From the human T2T-CHM13v2.0 reference genome, Homo sapiens: a DNA stretch of 64,000 nt. Made by a program: the position numbers and the translations under genes. Position 1 is the first letter of the stretch, and the number at the start of each line of letters is the position of its first letter. Below, one piece after another: positions 25,891 through 39,775 of this stretch. The notes beneath the pieces are model-generated. The model saw only the letters and a program-made list of their open reading frames with translations. It was not told the origin of the DNA and did not search any database. The stretch lies in NCBI RefSeq assembly GCF_009914755.1, contig NC_060931.1. One strand, 5' to 3'.

Positions 25891-26095
25891 AAACAAATAT
25901 GTGAAGCAGTTGCTACTGATTCTTAATATCTTTTGTGTAACTTAAGATATAGCTAATTAGGAAAAAAGAAACAGCTATTTTATAGCCTGATGTATGAAGA
26001 TAGATTTTTATAAAGGTATACTGTATAAAGATATTTTATGAATTCCATTTCTTTCAAACATCTCTATTCCTGGAACATTTAAATTATATAATACT

Positions 26096-26410
<315 letters not shown>

Positions 26411-26459
26411 AAGTTATATAATACTATAACTATACTATAAGACCAGACCTATCTCTTGG

Positions 26460-26875
26460 TGATGTAGTTTGGATATCTGTCCCCCAAAATCTCATGATGA
26501 AATGTAATCCCCAGTGTTGGAGGTGGGGCCTGATTGGATCATGTGGGCAGATTTCTCATTAATTGTTACCACCACCTTCTTGGTTCTGTCCTCATGATAG
26601 TGAGTTCTTGCAAGATCTGACTGTTTAAAAGTGTGGGTATCTTCCCCGTCTCTCTCTTGCTCCTGCTCTTGCCATGTGATGTGCCTGCTCCCACTTTGCC
26701 TTCTGCCATGAGTAAAAGCTCCCTAAGGCCTCCCCAGAAGCCAAGCAGAGAGGCCCGTGCGATGCTTTCACAGCCTGCAGAACCAATTAAACCTCGTGAG
26801 TCAATTAAACCTCTTTTCTTTAGAAATCACCCAGCTTCAGGTATTCCTTTATAGCAAAACAAGAATGGCCTAAAT
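26460..26875 (+). mobile_element. MaLR LTR (MSTA/MSTB-like)
   Basis: TGATGTAGTTTGGATATCTGTCCCC...ATTAAACCTCTTTTCTTT...GAATGGCCTAA. Confidence 0.8.
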
Positions 26876-26914
26876 CGCTTGGATTATATTTTTTATGATT
26901 AAGATAAGTCAGTT

Positions 26915-27567
26915 CTTTTTTTGTTTGTTTTTTGAGACAGGGTCTTGCTCTGCCACTCAGGCTGGAGTGCAGTGGCACAATCTTGGCTCACCGCAACCTC
27001 TGCCTCCGAGGTTCAAGCGATTCCCATGCCTCAGCCACCACAGTAGCTAGCATTACAGGTGCACGCCACCATGCCCAGCTAAGTTTTGTATTTTTACTAG
27101 AGATGGGTTTCACCATGTTGGCCAGGCTGGTCTTGAACTCCTGGCCTCATGTGATCTGCCTGCCTCAGCCTCCCAAAGTGCTGGGATTACAGGTGTGAGC
27201 CACTGCACCGGGCCAGGAGAAGTCCATTCTTAAACACTAATTTTTAATAAACCTTTCCAAATATTATTATTTATGATGATCTTTTTCTTTTTTTCAGACG
27301 AGGTCTCACTCTGTTGCCCAGGCTGGAGTGCAGTGGCATGATCATAGCTCATTGAAGCCTTAAACTCCTGGCCTCAGGCATCCTCCTGCCTCAGCCTCCT
27401 GAGTTGCTGGGATTACAGGCAGGTGCCACCATGCTCTAATTTTTAAATTTTTTATAGAGATGGGTTTTACTATGTTCATCAGGTCTCGAACTCCTGGCCT
27501 CCAGTTGTCCTTCTGCCTTGGCCTCCCAAAGTGCTGTGATTATAGGCATGAACCACTGTGCCCAGCC
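26915..27567 (-). mobile_element. Two antisense Alus (26915-27214 AluS/J; 27281-27567 AluJ)
   Basis: Two Alu dimers with T-rich left ends. Confidence 0.9.
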
Positions 27568-28908
27568 TCCTTTTCATTAATTTTCCATTTCTTTAGAGTT
27601 CTGTTTTTAACTTCTTATTTATGAAACAAAAGTCAGCTTTGTAGGATATCTCAGAGTCTCCTTTTAGTTCACCCTTCATGAAATCAGAATGTATACAAGT
27701 CTGAAAGATACTCACACATTGGTATATTTGGTATGGTTGTGGTGTGTTATACTATTAAGTAGAGGAAACTGTGTAGCAGTGAGGCAGTTTTGATAATCTT
27801 TTTTCACCCTCATGCAATTACATAAACATTTTCATGACTAAAAATAAATTAGCTAACCACAGCCAGAAAAGTCATAAGCATAACAGCAGTCAACTATATT
27901 TAAAGCTACTAATGGAATTGTACATATTTGGATCACATTGTTAAGTCCCAGACAAAAAGAAAAAGCTGCCATAATTTACTCTCTTGGACACAGACCTATG
28001 AATATGAAATACGTAAGGGCTAAAGACCTAACTAATATCTTTGATATTTTGAGTAGTTTGCATCGAAAACTTAAAAGATTTCTCTACCTGTATCCCTATT
28101 CTTGGTCTCCTTTCATAGCTCACTTTTTCTACTCCTTTTCTTCATTTATGTAGCTGTAAAATTTGTCTCCCCAGAATGAATGAATGTGTCTTCTGTTCTT
28201 GTTTAAGAAAGGATGTTACTCAAAGAGCTTTGGAGCAAGCTCTGAATGTAAAGCAACCTGCTAGGTTTCTGGAGAACATAACAGGGTGTGTTTCTTACCG
28301 GGGTCTAACCAGTGCAGGTGTCATTCCTTTAGAAAGCAATTGCCTCTTTTATAAGTTCCACCAGTTGTGTGCATGAAGCACTTAGGGATCAGATTTTTGA
28401 AAACATCTTTAATGCAGCTGCCAGAAATTTCCAAATTTAGGTTAAAATCATACTCTTATGTCATCTTATGTCTCTTGGCTATGGTCTAAAACTTCCCACT
28501 CAAATGATTCTGTTGCCTGTGTGCCCACTCCTAGGAACCTTTCCACAGCTAAGTAATATTACCTTATTTCAAAAACTTTGCAAGTCAACCTCAGTGGGGG
28601 AGAATTACTAAAAGCATTTAGCTAATACAAGGTAGCCTATAATAATACTTTGTACAATCTTTTTAAAACTTTTCAAAATAACGATGCTTTATCTTAAGTT
28701 TTTAATCCTTATTTGAAACTTGTGGGATACAAAAAGAGAATTAACTCCACGTGAGAGATAAGTAATTGAGGAAATAGAAAGGTTAAAAGGCTGATCTGAT
28801 ATTGCTGACAAGGCTTGTTTGCGGCAGTCAGAACAGAGTTGTGTTTTCTCTTGGACTGTGTCAACATCAGTGTTACATAATATCAAATAATGGTAAAAAC
28901 CCACAGAT

Positions 28909-28938
28909 GTGCTCACTTCGGCAGCACATATACTAAAA
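28909..28938 (+). pseudogene. 3'-truncated (tailless) U6 snRNA retrocopy, U6 nt 1-30
   Basis: GTGCTCACTTCGGCAGCACATATACTAAAA matches the U6 5' end at 29/30. Flanked by AAAACCCACAGAT and AAAACCTACGGAT. Confidence 0.85.
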
Positions 28939-29523
28939 CCTACGGATTAAAGCTTATTAAAAACTAATATGTAGATATGCAATTAATAACCCATACTTCC
29001 TAGCATAAAATTGAGGGAGCATCTTTTTTGGCATAGCATAGTTTAAGAATTCCTCCGTTGTGCAAATTTGATTAAAGAGATGTCTTTCTGAGACATTGCA
29101 GGGACATTCTTTCTATTCAGATAGTTCTTGTTTCTATTTAATTTGCCCCTGACTAAGTCAAATGTTGAGATAAGTACAGAGTTAATTGGCGGCATTTAGT
29201 TCTCTTTTGTTGTTAAATGTCTGGAAACCACAGAAAAGCCACATTTCCTTTGAAAATATTAATATATGTCTGTATTCTTTATAAAGCCTTAAAAAGCGTT
29301 ACAGATCCTTAAAGTTATTCCCCTGGCTCAAACTCTTAGTTTGACATATGGCCATCTCTGCTTTCTTTTTCCTTTCTAAAGAAAAATTTCTTAATTTCTT
29401 GTCAAAAAAGTCTCATCTCTCAGGGTTGTTTCATATAACTGTAGATTTTATAATCTCATCAAAACTATTGGTTTGATTAAATTTAGGCAGAAATTTTGTG
29501 TAGTCAGTACTTGATTTGGCTTC

Positions 29524-29823
29524 TTTTTTTTTTTTTTTTTTTTGAGACGGAGTCTTGCTCTGTCGCCGAGGCTGGAATGCAGTGACGTGATCTAGGCTCA
29601 CTGCAACCTCCGCCTCTCAGGTTCAAGCAAGTCCCCTGCCTCAGCCTCCTGAGTAGCTGGGATTACAGGCGCCCACCACCACACCCGGCTAATTTTTGTA
29701 TTTTTAGTAAAGATGGGGTTTCACCATGTTGGCCAGGCTGGTCTTGAACTCCTGACTTATGGTCCACCCGCCTTGGCCTACCAAAGTGCTAGGATTACAG
29801 GTGTGAGCCACCGCTCCTGGCCT
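29524..29823 (-). mobile_element. AluS, sense to FBXL13, within or next to its 3' UTR
   Basis: T20 at 29524-29543; TSD TGGCTTCTTTTT. Confidence 0.92.
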
Positions 29824-30024
29824 GGCTTCTTTTTTAAATCATGATTATTTAGACAGAAGAACTACTGATGTGTTTGGAAATATTTGTAGTTGGAATAAGA
29901 ATCAGAAGATGGTTTGTTGCTTGTTTACATTGTTATTGAGATTCAGCTAGTAAACATACTTGCAACAAATGGAGAAAACTTGCCAAGTTCTTGATTTTTT
30001 GTTCTTCCTGCTTGAGGCTGAAGG

Positions 30025-30214
30025 TCACGCTGCTTGGTCTTCACTGCTGTATGTTGACTTTTTCACTGTTAATTCTAAGGCTCCTTTAGATGATGTTATG
30101 TTGTCAAGCTCTGTAACAGGGTTTCCTTCCCTATCATAGCCAAACCAACGTGGAGGGTCATTAGTGTTGTATTCCTGCTGCTGAACTTTAGATGACATTC
30201 TTTGAGCTGCCTTC
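30025..30214 (-). CDS. FBXL13: FBXL13 last coding exon (CDS part)
   Basis: Acceptor AG at 30216-30215. Reads (K)KAAQRMSSKVQQQEYNTNDPPRWFGYDREGNPVTELDNITSSKGALELTVKKSTYSSEDQAA with TGA at 30027-30025. Phase-2 join to the 38723 exon end. Confidence 0.92.
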
Positions 30215-33200
30215 CTGTAATAACAGTGCTTAGCATTAGCTAGTTGCAGAAGTAACCCCTAGTGCAAAATTTTCAAACTCAACCAAATTTGGAGTTAGGG
30301 AATTCACTGTCACAATCTGAATTCACATGAGACCTCTCTTGCCTTGCTGAGAGTGAGGATATGGGTAAGTGTACAAATAAACAGGGTCCCAAAGCCTCAG
30401 TAACTCTGATTCAGCCAGTTCAGAAATTAACAGATACAGTGAATGGGTAAGGAAACTACACATGGCCATGGAAGAGGAACACTGAGGCCTCTATTTATTT
30501 ATACTGCTTTAAGTAAGCCCCTTCCTTGGTATTTCTAGTTTCTCTGATGAGGGAGTAACCTAACCAGCCTACCTGTGAAGGCTGACCATGCACCAGGCCA
30601 GGAGCTCTTAACCCAGAGTTCACAGATCCCTTTTGACTACATGGATGAACTTCAGGGAGGTCCATGAACTCCCTGAAAGTTCATGCAGTTTTGTCTATAA
30701 TACACATTTTTATGAGAAGGTTTGTGACTCAAAGGTGTCACAACACTATAACACAGTATTAAAAAATACTGTTATAGTCTTTCTTAGCAGGAAACAAGAA
30801 AGTAAAGAATGCATCAGAAAAAAAGTAGGTCTAACTTGAAAACAAAGCCATTTTGAGGACAGAAGGAAGAATTTCCTTTCCTAGAAAGTTGGTTTGAATC
30901 ACGAGATTAGTACTAAAGAGGAGATGAGTAATTGACCACTTCTGTACGATTAGAAATGAGTAACTATGATGTTTACCCATGAAGGCACTACCTTCCCCAC
31001 TCTTGCCGTATGTTACCTTGAGTTATTAATTGCAAAAGTCTGGAAACTGAGTCATTGATATGGAGCTGGCATTACCATACACTTCGAGTTAAGTTTGTGC
31101 TGAATGGCCATATGAGTTCAGGTAAGGCAATGAAATAGGAAGAAAAAAAACCAACAACATAGAGATAACAGTTTAAAATGCTATTTCAGTTAAATCAAAC
31201 TTTAGATGTATTAAAATAATTGTAACCAAACTTAACAGGGAGGTAACCAAAGCATTCCTAATTCTGCCTCTAAGCACATTGCTTTTTAGCTTATTATTGG
31301 CTCTCACACAAAACTTCTACAAACTTAAAGAACAAATTGAGTAAAAGCAATTATCATATACTAATTCCTAGTTTGGAGCCACCAATCCCTATGGACTAAA
31401 ACTTGGCAAACAAGTTTATTCTCTTCAGAGAAATATTTATTCTCAGTTTTGAAAATGGTAAGTTTATTGTCAAAGATAATGTTTTGCATTCTGTTAATTT
31501 TTTAAATCTTTTTTTAAGGTGCTAGCCTGCATTTTAAACCTCTTATATAATCTTTACATATCCTCAAAGTAGAACATTACTATGCAAAAGTAGTGGGTTT
31601 ATATCTTTTGCTTTTCCCACATTATTCTCCTAATGATATTTCTCCCTTTTCAATTCTATAAAGGTGAGATTATCATATCTTTCAACACATTTTCTGAACA
31701 TTTTTCCCCTTAAGACTTACTGAAATATAATACCAAATGTTGAGGCATATAACATTAGCACCATCAGTTTCATGTAACAAACAGCAAGGCTCCATCATTA
31801 CCCTTCACCCATCTCTATCAGTCTAAACATTATCCATTTTTCAAAACTCCAAACCAATCCAGCCTCCTTGGAAATGGCTCAAACCCAGTCTTCTCCTCCT
31901 CTAAACATCTACAGGAAGTTGATCATAGAATTAATTTCTTTCTATTACATAGCTTCAGGGCATTAATTATTTATAATTTTAAACTTTGTTATTTTCCTTT
32001 TGTTTAAGAAGGTAGTAAGTTACTTAAGAGTTTATTACATTTCTTTGCATCTCCCTGAAACTCATCATGAATAGCTCAAACGAGAGATTTCAGCAGCTTA
32101 CACCAAGAAGGGAAGTCCTTTAACCCTCTTGGCTTCTGCTGGATTGCTGGTCTAGAAGGGGCATTCTTATGTTCCTATTTCCAACACCCTCCTGCCCCCT
32201 GCCTCCCAAACACCAGAGTTCTGGACACACACTGCAGTTCACAGTTGTTCATAATCATTCAATGCCACTGATGTTGACTGTAGTACAAGAGTAGCACAGT
32301 TAGAGGCAACAATGATCTTGACCTATAGGAAAAGGAAATGCTTGTTTTAGGGAGTAAAAGATTTGCAAATCCTCATTCACCAAGTTACATCTTACCTTAA
32401 TGTCAGAAGAGCAACAGTTTTGACGGCTCTAGATAACTGGTAAGAGGATAAGTACTACTAATGATAAGTCTGGGAAAGTGTAAATATTGAGTCCTATGGT
32501 TGCTCAGTCAGCTACAAGCCAGGGTAAATTAGATGGTAATTGTGACATAAAACAATTAGCAAGTAGTGGGGGTTTGAGAAAATAACAAGAAAAAGGAAAG
32601 TGAGAATGCTGACTCCTTAATATAAGATAAGGAAAACAGTGAGTGAACAGGGAGACTACTCATTTAATGCAGTGTGATGGGACAGAATCGAAATGAGCTG
32701 CATGTTGAACCCCAGCCATGGGTGAAGTGCCCACTGGTATATGCATTTCTTTAATGTCCTCATTCCTTAGTCCCTGTCCCCCTTACCCTAGCTCTGCTCT
32801 CCAGTCCACCCACAGACAGCTTTAGTGAAACCAAACATCAGTGGGTCCCTGACTATTGGAAGTGATGCTTACTGACTGGAGGGGAGCAAAGGATCAGATC
32901 TCAGACCCACTCTCCTTCCAGACTCAAGTTCTGGGAGGTTAAGGCTTCCTCCACCTGGTATGTCTTTAGGGCCTGTTTTAGTCTGAAGTGCTTTCACAGC
33001 AAGGGTGGTCCTAGGGAAAAACAGAAAATATGAATCTGTCCTGGAGCAAATCTAGGATTATTTTTAGAGAGCTATGGATACTAGTATAGACTATTCCCTA
33101 TTCCACTTCTTTCCTGCCCTTCAGAAAATCCTTAGCCGTGACTAGCTGTCCTCACCACCTTTGGCATCCTCACACGGACTGACTAACCTAAGACCCAGGA

Positions 33201-33299
33201 CCTTGCCAAGAGAAGAGATCGGCAAGTGGCTGCCAGAAGGTTTTTCTGAGTTCTTTATCATAGCATCCTATGTAGCTGTGTGTTTGCACACACGCACCT

Positions 33300-34270
33300 T
33301 TAAAAAAAAATTTAGATTCAGGGTGTACACGTGCAGGTTTGTTATGTGGGTATATTACATAATGCTGGGGTTTGGGCTGCTATTGAACCCATCAGCCAAA
33401 TAGTGAACATAATGCCCAGTAGGTACTTTGTTAACCCTCGCCATCCTCCCTGCCTCCCCACATTTGGAGTTCCCAGTGTTTATTGTTTCCATCTTTATGT
33501 CCAAGTGGTTAGCTCCTACTTTTAAGTGAGAACATGCAGTATTTGGTTTTCTGTTTCTCTGTTAATTCACTTAGGATAATGGCCTCCAGCCGCATCCATG
33601 TTGCTGCAAAGGACATGATTTCATTATTTTTTATGACTGTGTAGCATCCCATGGTCTGAATGTACCACATTTTCTTTATCCAATCCACCACTGACAGGCA
33701 CTTAGGTTGATCCCATGACTTTGCTATTGTGAATGATGCTGCAATAAACATACAACTGCAGGTGTCTTTTTGATAGAATTATTTCTTTTCCTTTGGGTAG
33801 ATACCCAGTAGTGGGATTACTGGATGAAATGGTAATTCTATTTTAGTTCTTTGAGAAGTTTTTATACTGCTTTCTATTTTGGCTGACCTAATTTACATTC
33901 CCACCACAGTGTAAAAGCATTCCCTTTTTTCCACATCCTCACCAGCATCTTTTATTTTTTGACTTTTTAATAATAGCCATTCTGATTGGTGCGAGATGAT
34001 ACTTCATTGTGATGGTAATTTTGCATTTCTCTGATGATTAGTGATGTTGAGCATTTTTTCATATTTTTGTTGGCCACTTGTATGTCTTCTTTTGAGAGGT
34101 GTCCGTTCATGTTTTTGCCCACTTTTTAATGGGCTTATTTGGTTTTTGCTTGTTGATTTGTTTAAGTTCTAGATTCTGGATATTAGACCTTTGTCGGATG
34201 CATAATTTGATAATATTTTTCTCCCATTATCTTTACTCTGTTGATAGTTTCTTTTGCTGTGCAGAAGCTC
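33300..34270 (-). mobile_element. L1 3' end (L1PA15/16-like), 5'-truncated
   Basis: ORF 33509-33751 is the ORF2 C-terminus (IMSFAATWMRLEAIILSELT); older L1PA 3' UTR. Confidence 0.85.
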
Positions 34271-35454
34271 TTACACATGTATTTTGAATCGTATCAGGAA
34301 AGTTAAAAATGTAGAAACTATATTTCTGGGAGAAACCTCTCTCTCTCTCCTGCCCCTCCCCTTTCTCTCTTAATAGCTTGATGCTGTAGTGTGATCAGCA
34401 CATGGGAGCTAGGAAATATTGAAAAAAACATGTATTCTTAGGAACCACTGTGTGTTCTAAATTCCATAGAGCACATATGGAATTCTTTGACTGCATTCCA
34501 TTCTGCTTTGGCCTAAGTGACTGTGAGACCCCGTATGAAATGATTTGGGAATTGAACCAATCTGCTGCAATGGTTACTCATTTATCCTGGTGAGAGGTTT
34601 CTTTGGATCAGTATAGAACAGTGATTTTCAAACATGATATGTCATAGTTGTAACATTTCACATTAGATGGTTAATAATAACACTGTACTGAAGTTTGTTA
34701 GTGATTTTTGTTTCTTATAAATTAAAAGGGATTCAGGGTTAGCCCTGTAGTAACACTGTGTGCCTTAGCTCACATTTCCTTCTAATCTCTTGAGTAGGCA
34801 AAAAAAGGGAATGTTGGAGCCACCACCAAGGACTGCTCATAATCCACAGCCTCTCTTATTGTGCATCAGACATAAATTAGGCAAAACAGAGCACGTGTCT
34901 ACCCTTACTGACCACATCCCTTGAATGTCAGAGCTTTTTAAAAGCTTGAGAATGTAATATAAAGGCGAAGAGCAGCACAGTATGATTAAGACCTAGGTAC
35001 AAAGTATGGCTCTCCTTATTTGTGTGGCTGTGGGCACATTATTTAACCTGTTTAAACCAGTTTCCTTATCCATTTTGATGATAAAGTGTATTTGTGAGGC
35101 AATATCTGTAAAATAGGATTTAGCACAGTACGTGGCAAATAATAATTGTTAAATAACATTATTTGTTCATACTGATAATAAAAGTCAACAGCTCCACATC
35201 AGAAAGGCTTGAACCTTTCCATGAGCTAGAGAGGAGAACTCTGATAAGAGTTTTATTTTTTATCAACACAGATCTCCTAGAATGCCTGAGCAGTAGGGAC
35301 TGTCCGAGTTTAAGCTTCTAGCAACTGCTAAAGAAGGCCTTCCAGGAATTTCATACTGTGATTTGGGGCTCTGAAGGCCACTAAGACTTTCTCTACTAGT
35401 TCTCTAGAATTGAAGGTTTTGGGCTCCAGATAGAAATATATCAAAAGTTCCCTT

Positions 35455-35760
35455 TATTTTTTTAAAAAATTTATTTCCAACTTTTATTTTAGGTTCAGGA
35501 GTACATGTACAAGATGTACAGGTTTGTGACATAGGTAAACGTGTGCCATGGTGTTTTGCTGCACAGATCATTCCATCACCCAGGTATTAAGCCCAGTATC
35601 TATTAGTTATTCTTCCTGATTCTCTCCCTCCTCCCACCCTCCACCCTCTGACAGGCCCCAGTGTGTGTTGTTCCCATCCATCTGTCCATGTGTTGTCATC
35701 ATTTAGCTCCCACTTATAAGTGAGAACATGCGTTATTTGGTTTTCTGTTCTTGGATTAGC
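35455..35760 (-). mobile_element. Short L1PA 3' end (L1PA11-13-like)
   Basis: CTCCCACTTATAAGTGAGAACATGCG and CCCAGGTATTAAGCCCAG motifs. Confidence 0.8.
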
Positions 35761-37281
35761 CTTTTCGCTAACTATACAATTAGTGATTCTTCAGGTTCTC
35801 TGTGGTTCAGGCCCTCCTGGGTTGTGGGGGCCATTGTGAGGGTCTTTCTTCCTCTCTCTCACTCCTACCTTGTTGCCTTTCCCCACAGAGGGCCATAAGT
35901 TGAATGGCTGGCTGTCACAGCTGCTTCAAATACAAATAGCTTGTCGTTTTCTGATCATAGTTGTTACTTATTCCTCCTTGAAATAAAGGAGCCTTTATCT
36001 TGCATCCACACGGTGCTTCTGGGGTCACTTCCTGGAAACCCTTCAGACTCTGGGGTTGGTAGAATGCCAGCCATATCTTCTGCAGGAAACTCTCCTGCAA
36101 AAGGGCTACAGCCAATTTGCTCATTGACCAAAAGTTTGCTACTCCTCTGGTTCAGAAAGGGTGAGCTGAGCAGACATCTTTGATTTGCAAAGCTGGTGCA
36201 GTAGTTTCAGATTCCATTGAGTATGAGTGAATTTATGTATAAAACAGCCTCTTCTGACGGCTGTAATTGGACCTTAAGGGCTGCATCATACATTGTTTTC
36301 ATGTTCAAAATGGAATCAAGCATGTGGAGAGCATTGCTTTGTGATTCAAAGACATTGAGCTTCTTCCCAAGCCAGAAAAATCTCTCTTATCCCACCTGCC
36401 AAAGGTTCTGTTTCACCCAGACAAATCAAAGCCTCTGCAGTTGAGGGAGCCACACTGGCCCTGATTAGATAGTGAGCATAGGTAAGGGATTAGAGATCAT
36501 CAAGGGCTTGAGTTTTGAAGGGTCTACATACACTGTGCATTTCCAACTGCACTGAAGGATCTAAATGCAAAACGAAGCTGCTCCATAGAGCACCCGGAGC
36601 TGATCGCAGAAAGCTGCATGCAACTAGGCCCCCTTACAGCTTCTCTAATAAAAAAATTTGAGGCCAGGGTATTTCAGGAGCCCCCTAACTGACAAGTAGC
36701 AACCTATCCTAGATGTTGAACATAAAGACAGATGTTTCTGGAGCTTTACTAGTCCAAACACTGGGACTCTCCAAGCCACTCTACAGTGAGGACTGTCTTT
36801 CTCCATTGCTAGACAAAGATGGAATCGAGGGATTCTAGGCCTCTTTCCTGCTAGAGCTAAGCAAGGGTGGAGCTTTCAGGGAGACTAAAAGGTAGTGGTG
36901 TGGCCTCTTTAGACAACGAAGTGCACACACCAAACCAGCCCCTTTCTAAGCATTAGGGCCAAGTCTCTGCCTGCTTCTTGTGCATAGGGACAGCCAAGTT
37001 TGATTGCAGAAGACAAAATAGGCCTTCGGCTGTCATGGCTTAGACAATGGAATTTTTCACAGCTATAGCTGGTTAATTAGAGTTCTACATTGGGGTTTTG
37101 GGACAAAGCTCAGCTAGTAGTCAAGTCTTACTATGCCTTGTTTTATTTTTTTTGCACGTATATTTTTTAAATCTAGGGACCTAGCAAGAAGACCGAGCAG
37201 TTAAGGCAGGATTCGGATGTTACTGGATATCCTGGGTCTTCTTGACCACTCACTATATTAATCATACTTCAGTGTCCCATA

Positions 37282-37606
37282 TGTCTTGGTCCATTTTGTG
37301 TTGCCATAACAGACTACTACAGACTGGGTAATTTATAAAGAAAAGAAATTTATTGCTCATAGTTATAGAGGCTGGGAAGTCCAATATCATCCCATGGCAG
37401 GAAAGAAGGAGCCCTAGCTCATCCTTTTATCAGGAACCCACTCCCATGATAACTAACTCACTTCCATGATAACGGCATTAGTCTGTTCATGAGGGCAAAG
37501 CCCTCATCACCTAATCACCTCTGAAAAGGTCACACCTCTCAATAATGTTGCATTGAAGATTAATTTTCAACACATGAACTTGGGGGACCACATTCAAACC
37601 ATAGCA
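37282..37606 (-). mobile_element. MaLR LTR (MST/MLT1A-like)
   Basis: TGTCTTGGTCCATTTTGTGTTGC...CACATTCAAACCATAGCA. Confidence 0.75.
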
Positions 37607-38722
37607 TCACACCATGATTAGGTTCAAAGAGCCCCTTGCCAGAAAGTCTCCATTCATTCTAGAATCTTACTTATTAGAAATTCAATAATATTACCTCTTA
37701 TAAATAGTGATTGGCAAAATATAATCAAAAAATTAGAAGCTAAACTCCTTTGAGTAACACGTTATTCATTCACTGTCATCTTGCTGAAAGTTGTCTGTTA
37801 ATAATCTAACAAGTTTGGCAGAGACTCCTAGGACCCTATTTCATTGTATATCCTTTAAATGAGGTTAGCAGTATTCATATCAGAGTTATCTCCAGACCTA
37901 TCAGGAAGGGTTGAGTCTCCAACCCTCCTCAAAAATTTTCAAGGACCTACCCCCTTCTCTCTGATCCAACTCCAGCTGGCTGCCCTACCCCTGCAGGCCT
38001 GGGCCCAGTGGGAATGTCTATTTTACAAGTAATTTTTCTTTCTTTTTTCCATTTCATTTTAACACACACTTCCTTGGATAAGAAACCATGTTCTTCCTCA
38101 GGCCTCAAGAAACCAGGGCTCATGGTTCAGCTCATGCCATAACTACTTAATTAAGAAAGTTCCTCTGTGAAATCTACATGCTTGAGCCACATTGTACACT
38201 TTATACTTTGATAATATTAATTCATAGTATTAATTTTTCACATCTGCCTAATAGAACCTTACCTTCTATGTCAGGGAATGGTCAAGGATTCTCATTTTAA
38301 GCATTTCATATGTTACTTTATCAGGTCAGTTAAAATACTTGCACATTTTTGCCCTCAGTCAAGAGGCAAAAACTTGTGAGCTGGCTTAATCAGATGATTC
38401 TCTTAATGCTCTAGGGGAGATTAACTGAATGGACTGTATTTTGAGAAATGAGCAGAGGAAGAGCTAGAGTTAAAGCTTTGGACACCTGCTTAGTCAAGGA
38501 AGGGAAGATGCTTAAAGTAAAAGGCCTACTGGAAAAGGGATAGGAAACCACAAAGGCCGTTTTAGAACAACTCACAATGTTAGCTTCAATTAGGCAAAAA
38601 ATAAAATGAAATGAAACTTCCTAACACTGAAAGCTGCTATGTATTATGAACCTTATAGCCATATACTATGTTTTCTCAGAAAGTAGTTCTCAAAAGTTTG
38701 TCATAGTCAGGTACATACTTAC

Positions 38723-38886
38723 TTGGAAATATTTGTGCAGTATTGCATCTTAAGGATCCGGAGTTGTTTGCAGCCTATCTGAAGGTCCTCAAGGATTTGG
38801 TCAGTAAGCAAGACACAACCAGAGATATCCAAAATGTGCAGGTAATGGCATTTTGCCGATAACATCTCCATCGCTGAGTCAGTAAT
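38723..38886 (-). CDS. FBXL13: FBXL13 penultimate coding exon (164 nt), cysteine-containing leucine-rich repeats
   Basis: Acceptor AG 38888-38887, donor GTAAGT from 38722. Reads ITDSAMEMLSAKCHYLHILDISGCVLLTDQILEDLQIGCKQLRILKMQYCTNIS(K). Confidence 0.95.
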
Positions 38887-38944
38887 CTGAACACAGAGCC
38901 AAAGTAAGTACTGGTTATTCAAACACTATCTCAGGGAAGAACAG

Positions 38945-39319
38945 TGCCTTAGTCACTTTGGGCAACTATAATAAACTACCACAGACTGTGGCTTAAACAT
39001 CAAACATTTATTTCTCACAGTTCTAGAGGCTGGGAAGTCCAAGACTGAGATAAAGATAGAGGTACCTGCAATTGGTGTCTTGGGAAGTCCCTCCTTATTT
39101 GCAGATGCCTCCATTCTTGCTATCTTCTCACATGGCAGAGAGAGAGAGAGCTCTAGTCTTTGTCTTCTTATATGGTCATAATCCCATCATGGGAGCTCTA
39201 CCCTTATGACCTCTTCTAAATCTGTTTACTCCCAAAGGCCCCACTTTCTATTACTGTCACAGTGGGAGTTAGGGTTTCAACATAATAATTTTTGGAGGAC
39301 AAACATTCAATTCATAACA
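38945..39319 (-). mobile_element. MaLR LTR (MLT1A/B-like)
   Basis: TGCCTTAGTC...TTTATTTCTCACAGTTCTAGAGGCTGGGAAGTCCAAG...CATTCAATTCATAACA. Confidence 0.75.
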
Positions 39320-39474
39320 AATAGAGTAACAAAATCAGACACTTGCATATTCTCTTTCACCCAGCTTGTCACATAATGGGCCTACAATTCAAGTGAGTTG
39401 TTTAACTGTTTCCAAATAAGGTCAGAACAGTAAAATATCTGCCTCAAGTAGCACCAATAGAAATTATGATCTTA

Positions 39475-39775
39475 GCAAGGCACAGTGGCTCATGCCTATG
39501 ATCCCAGCACTTTGGTAGGCTGAGGCAGGCAGATTGCTTGAACCCAGTTCGAGACCAGCCTGGGCCACATGGTGAAACTCCCAAAAATACAAAAATTAGC
39601 TGGGCATGGTGGCACGTGCCTGTAGTCCCAGCTACTTGGGAGGCTCTGGTGGGAGGATTGCTTGAGCCTGGGAGGTCAGTGCTTCAGTGAGCCGAGATCA
39701 CGCCACTGCACTGGGTGACGTAGCCTCAGTGACAGAGCAAGACCCTGTGCCCTGCCCACCCCCCACACAAAAAAA
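39475..39775 (+). mobile_element. AluJ
   Basis: Diverged dimer with GGAGGATTGCTTGAGCCTGGGAGG. Confidence 0.85.

Noticed and set aside
38887-38922. N-terminal extension MNNQYLLWLCVQ of ORF 38719-38922
   Set aside because: It is intronic sequence upstream of the AG acceptor; the exon starts at 38886.
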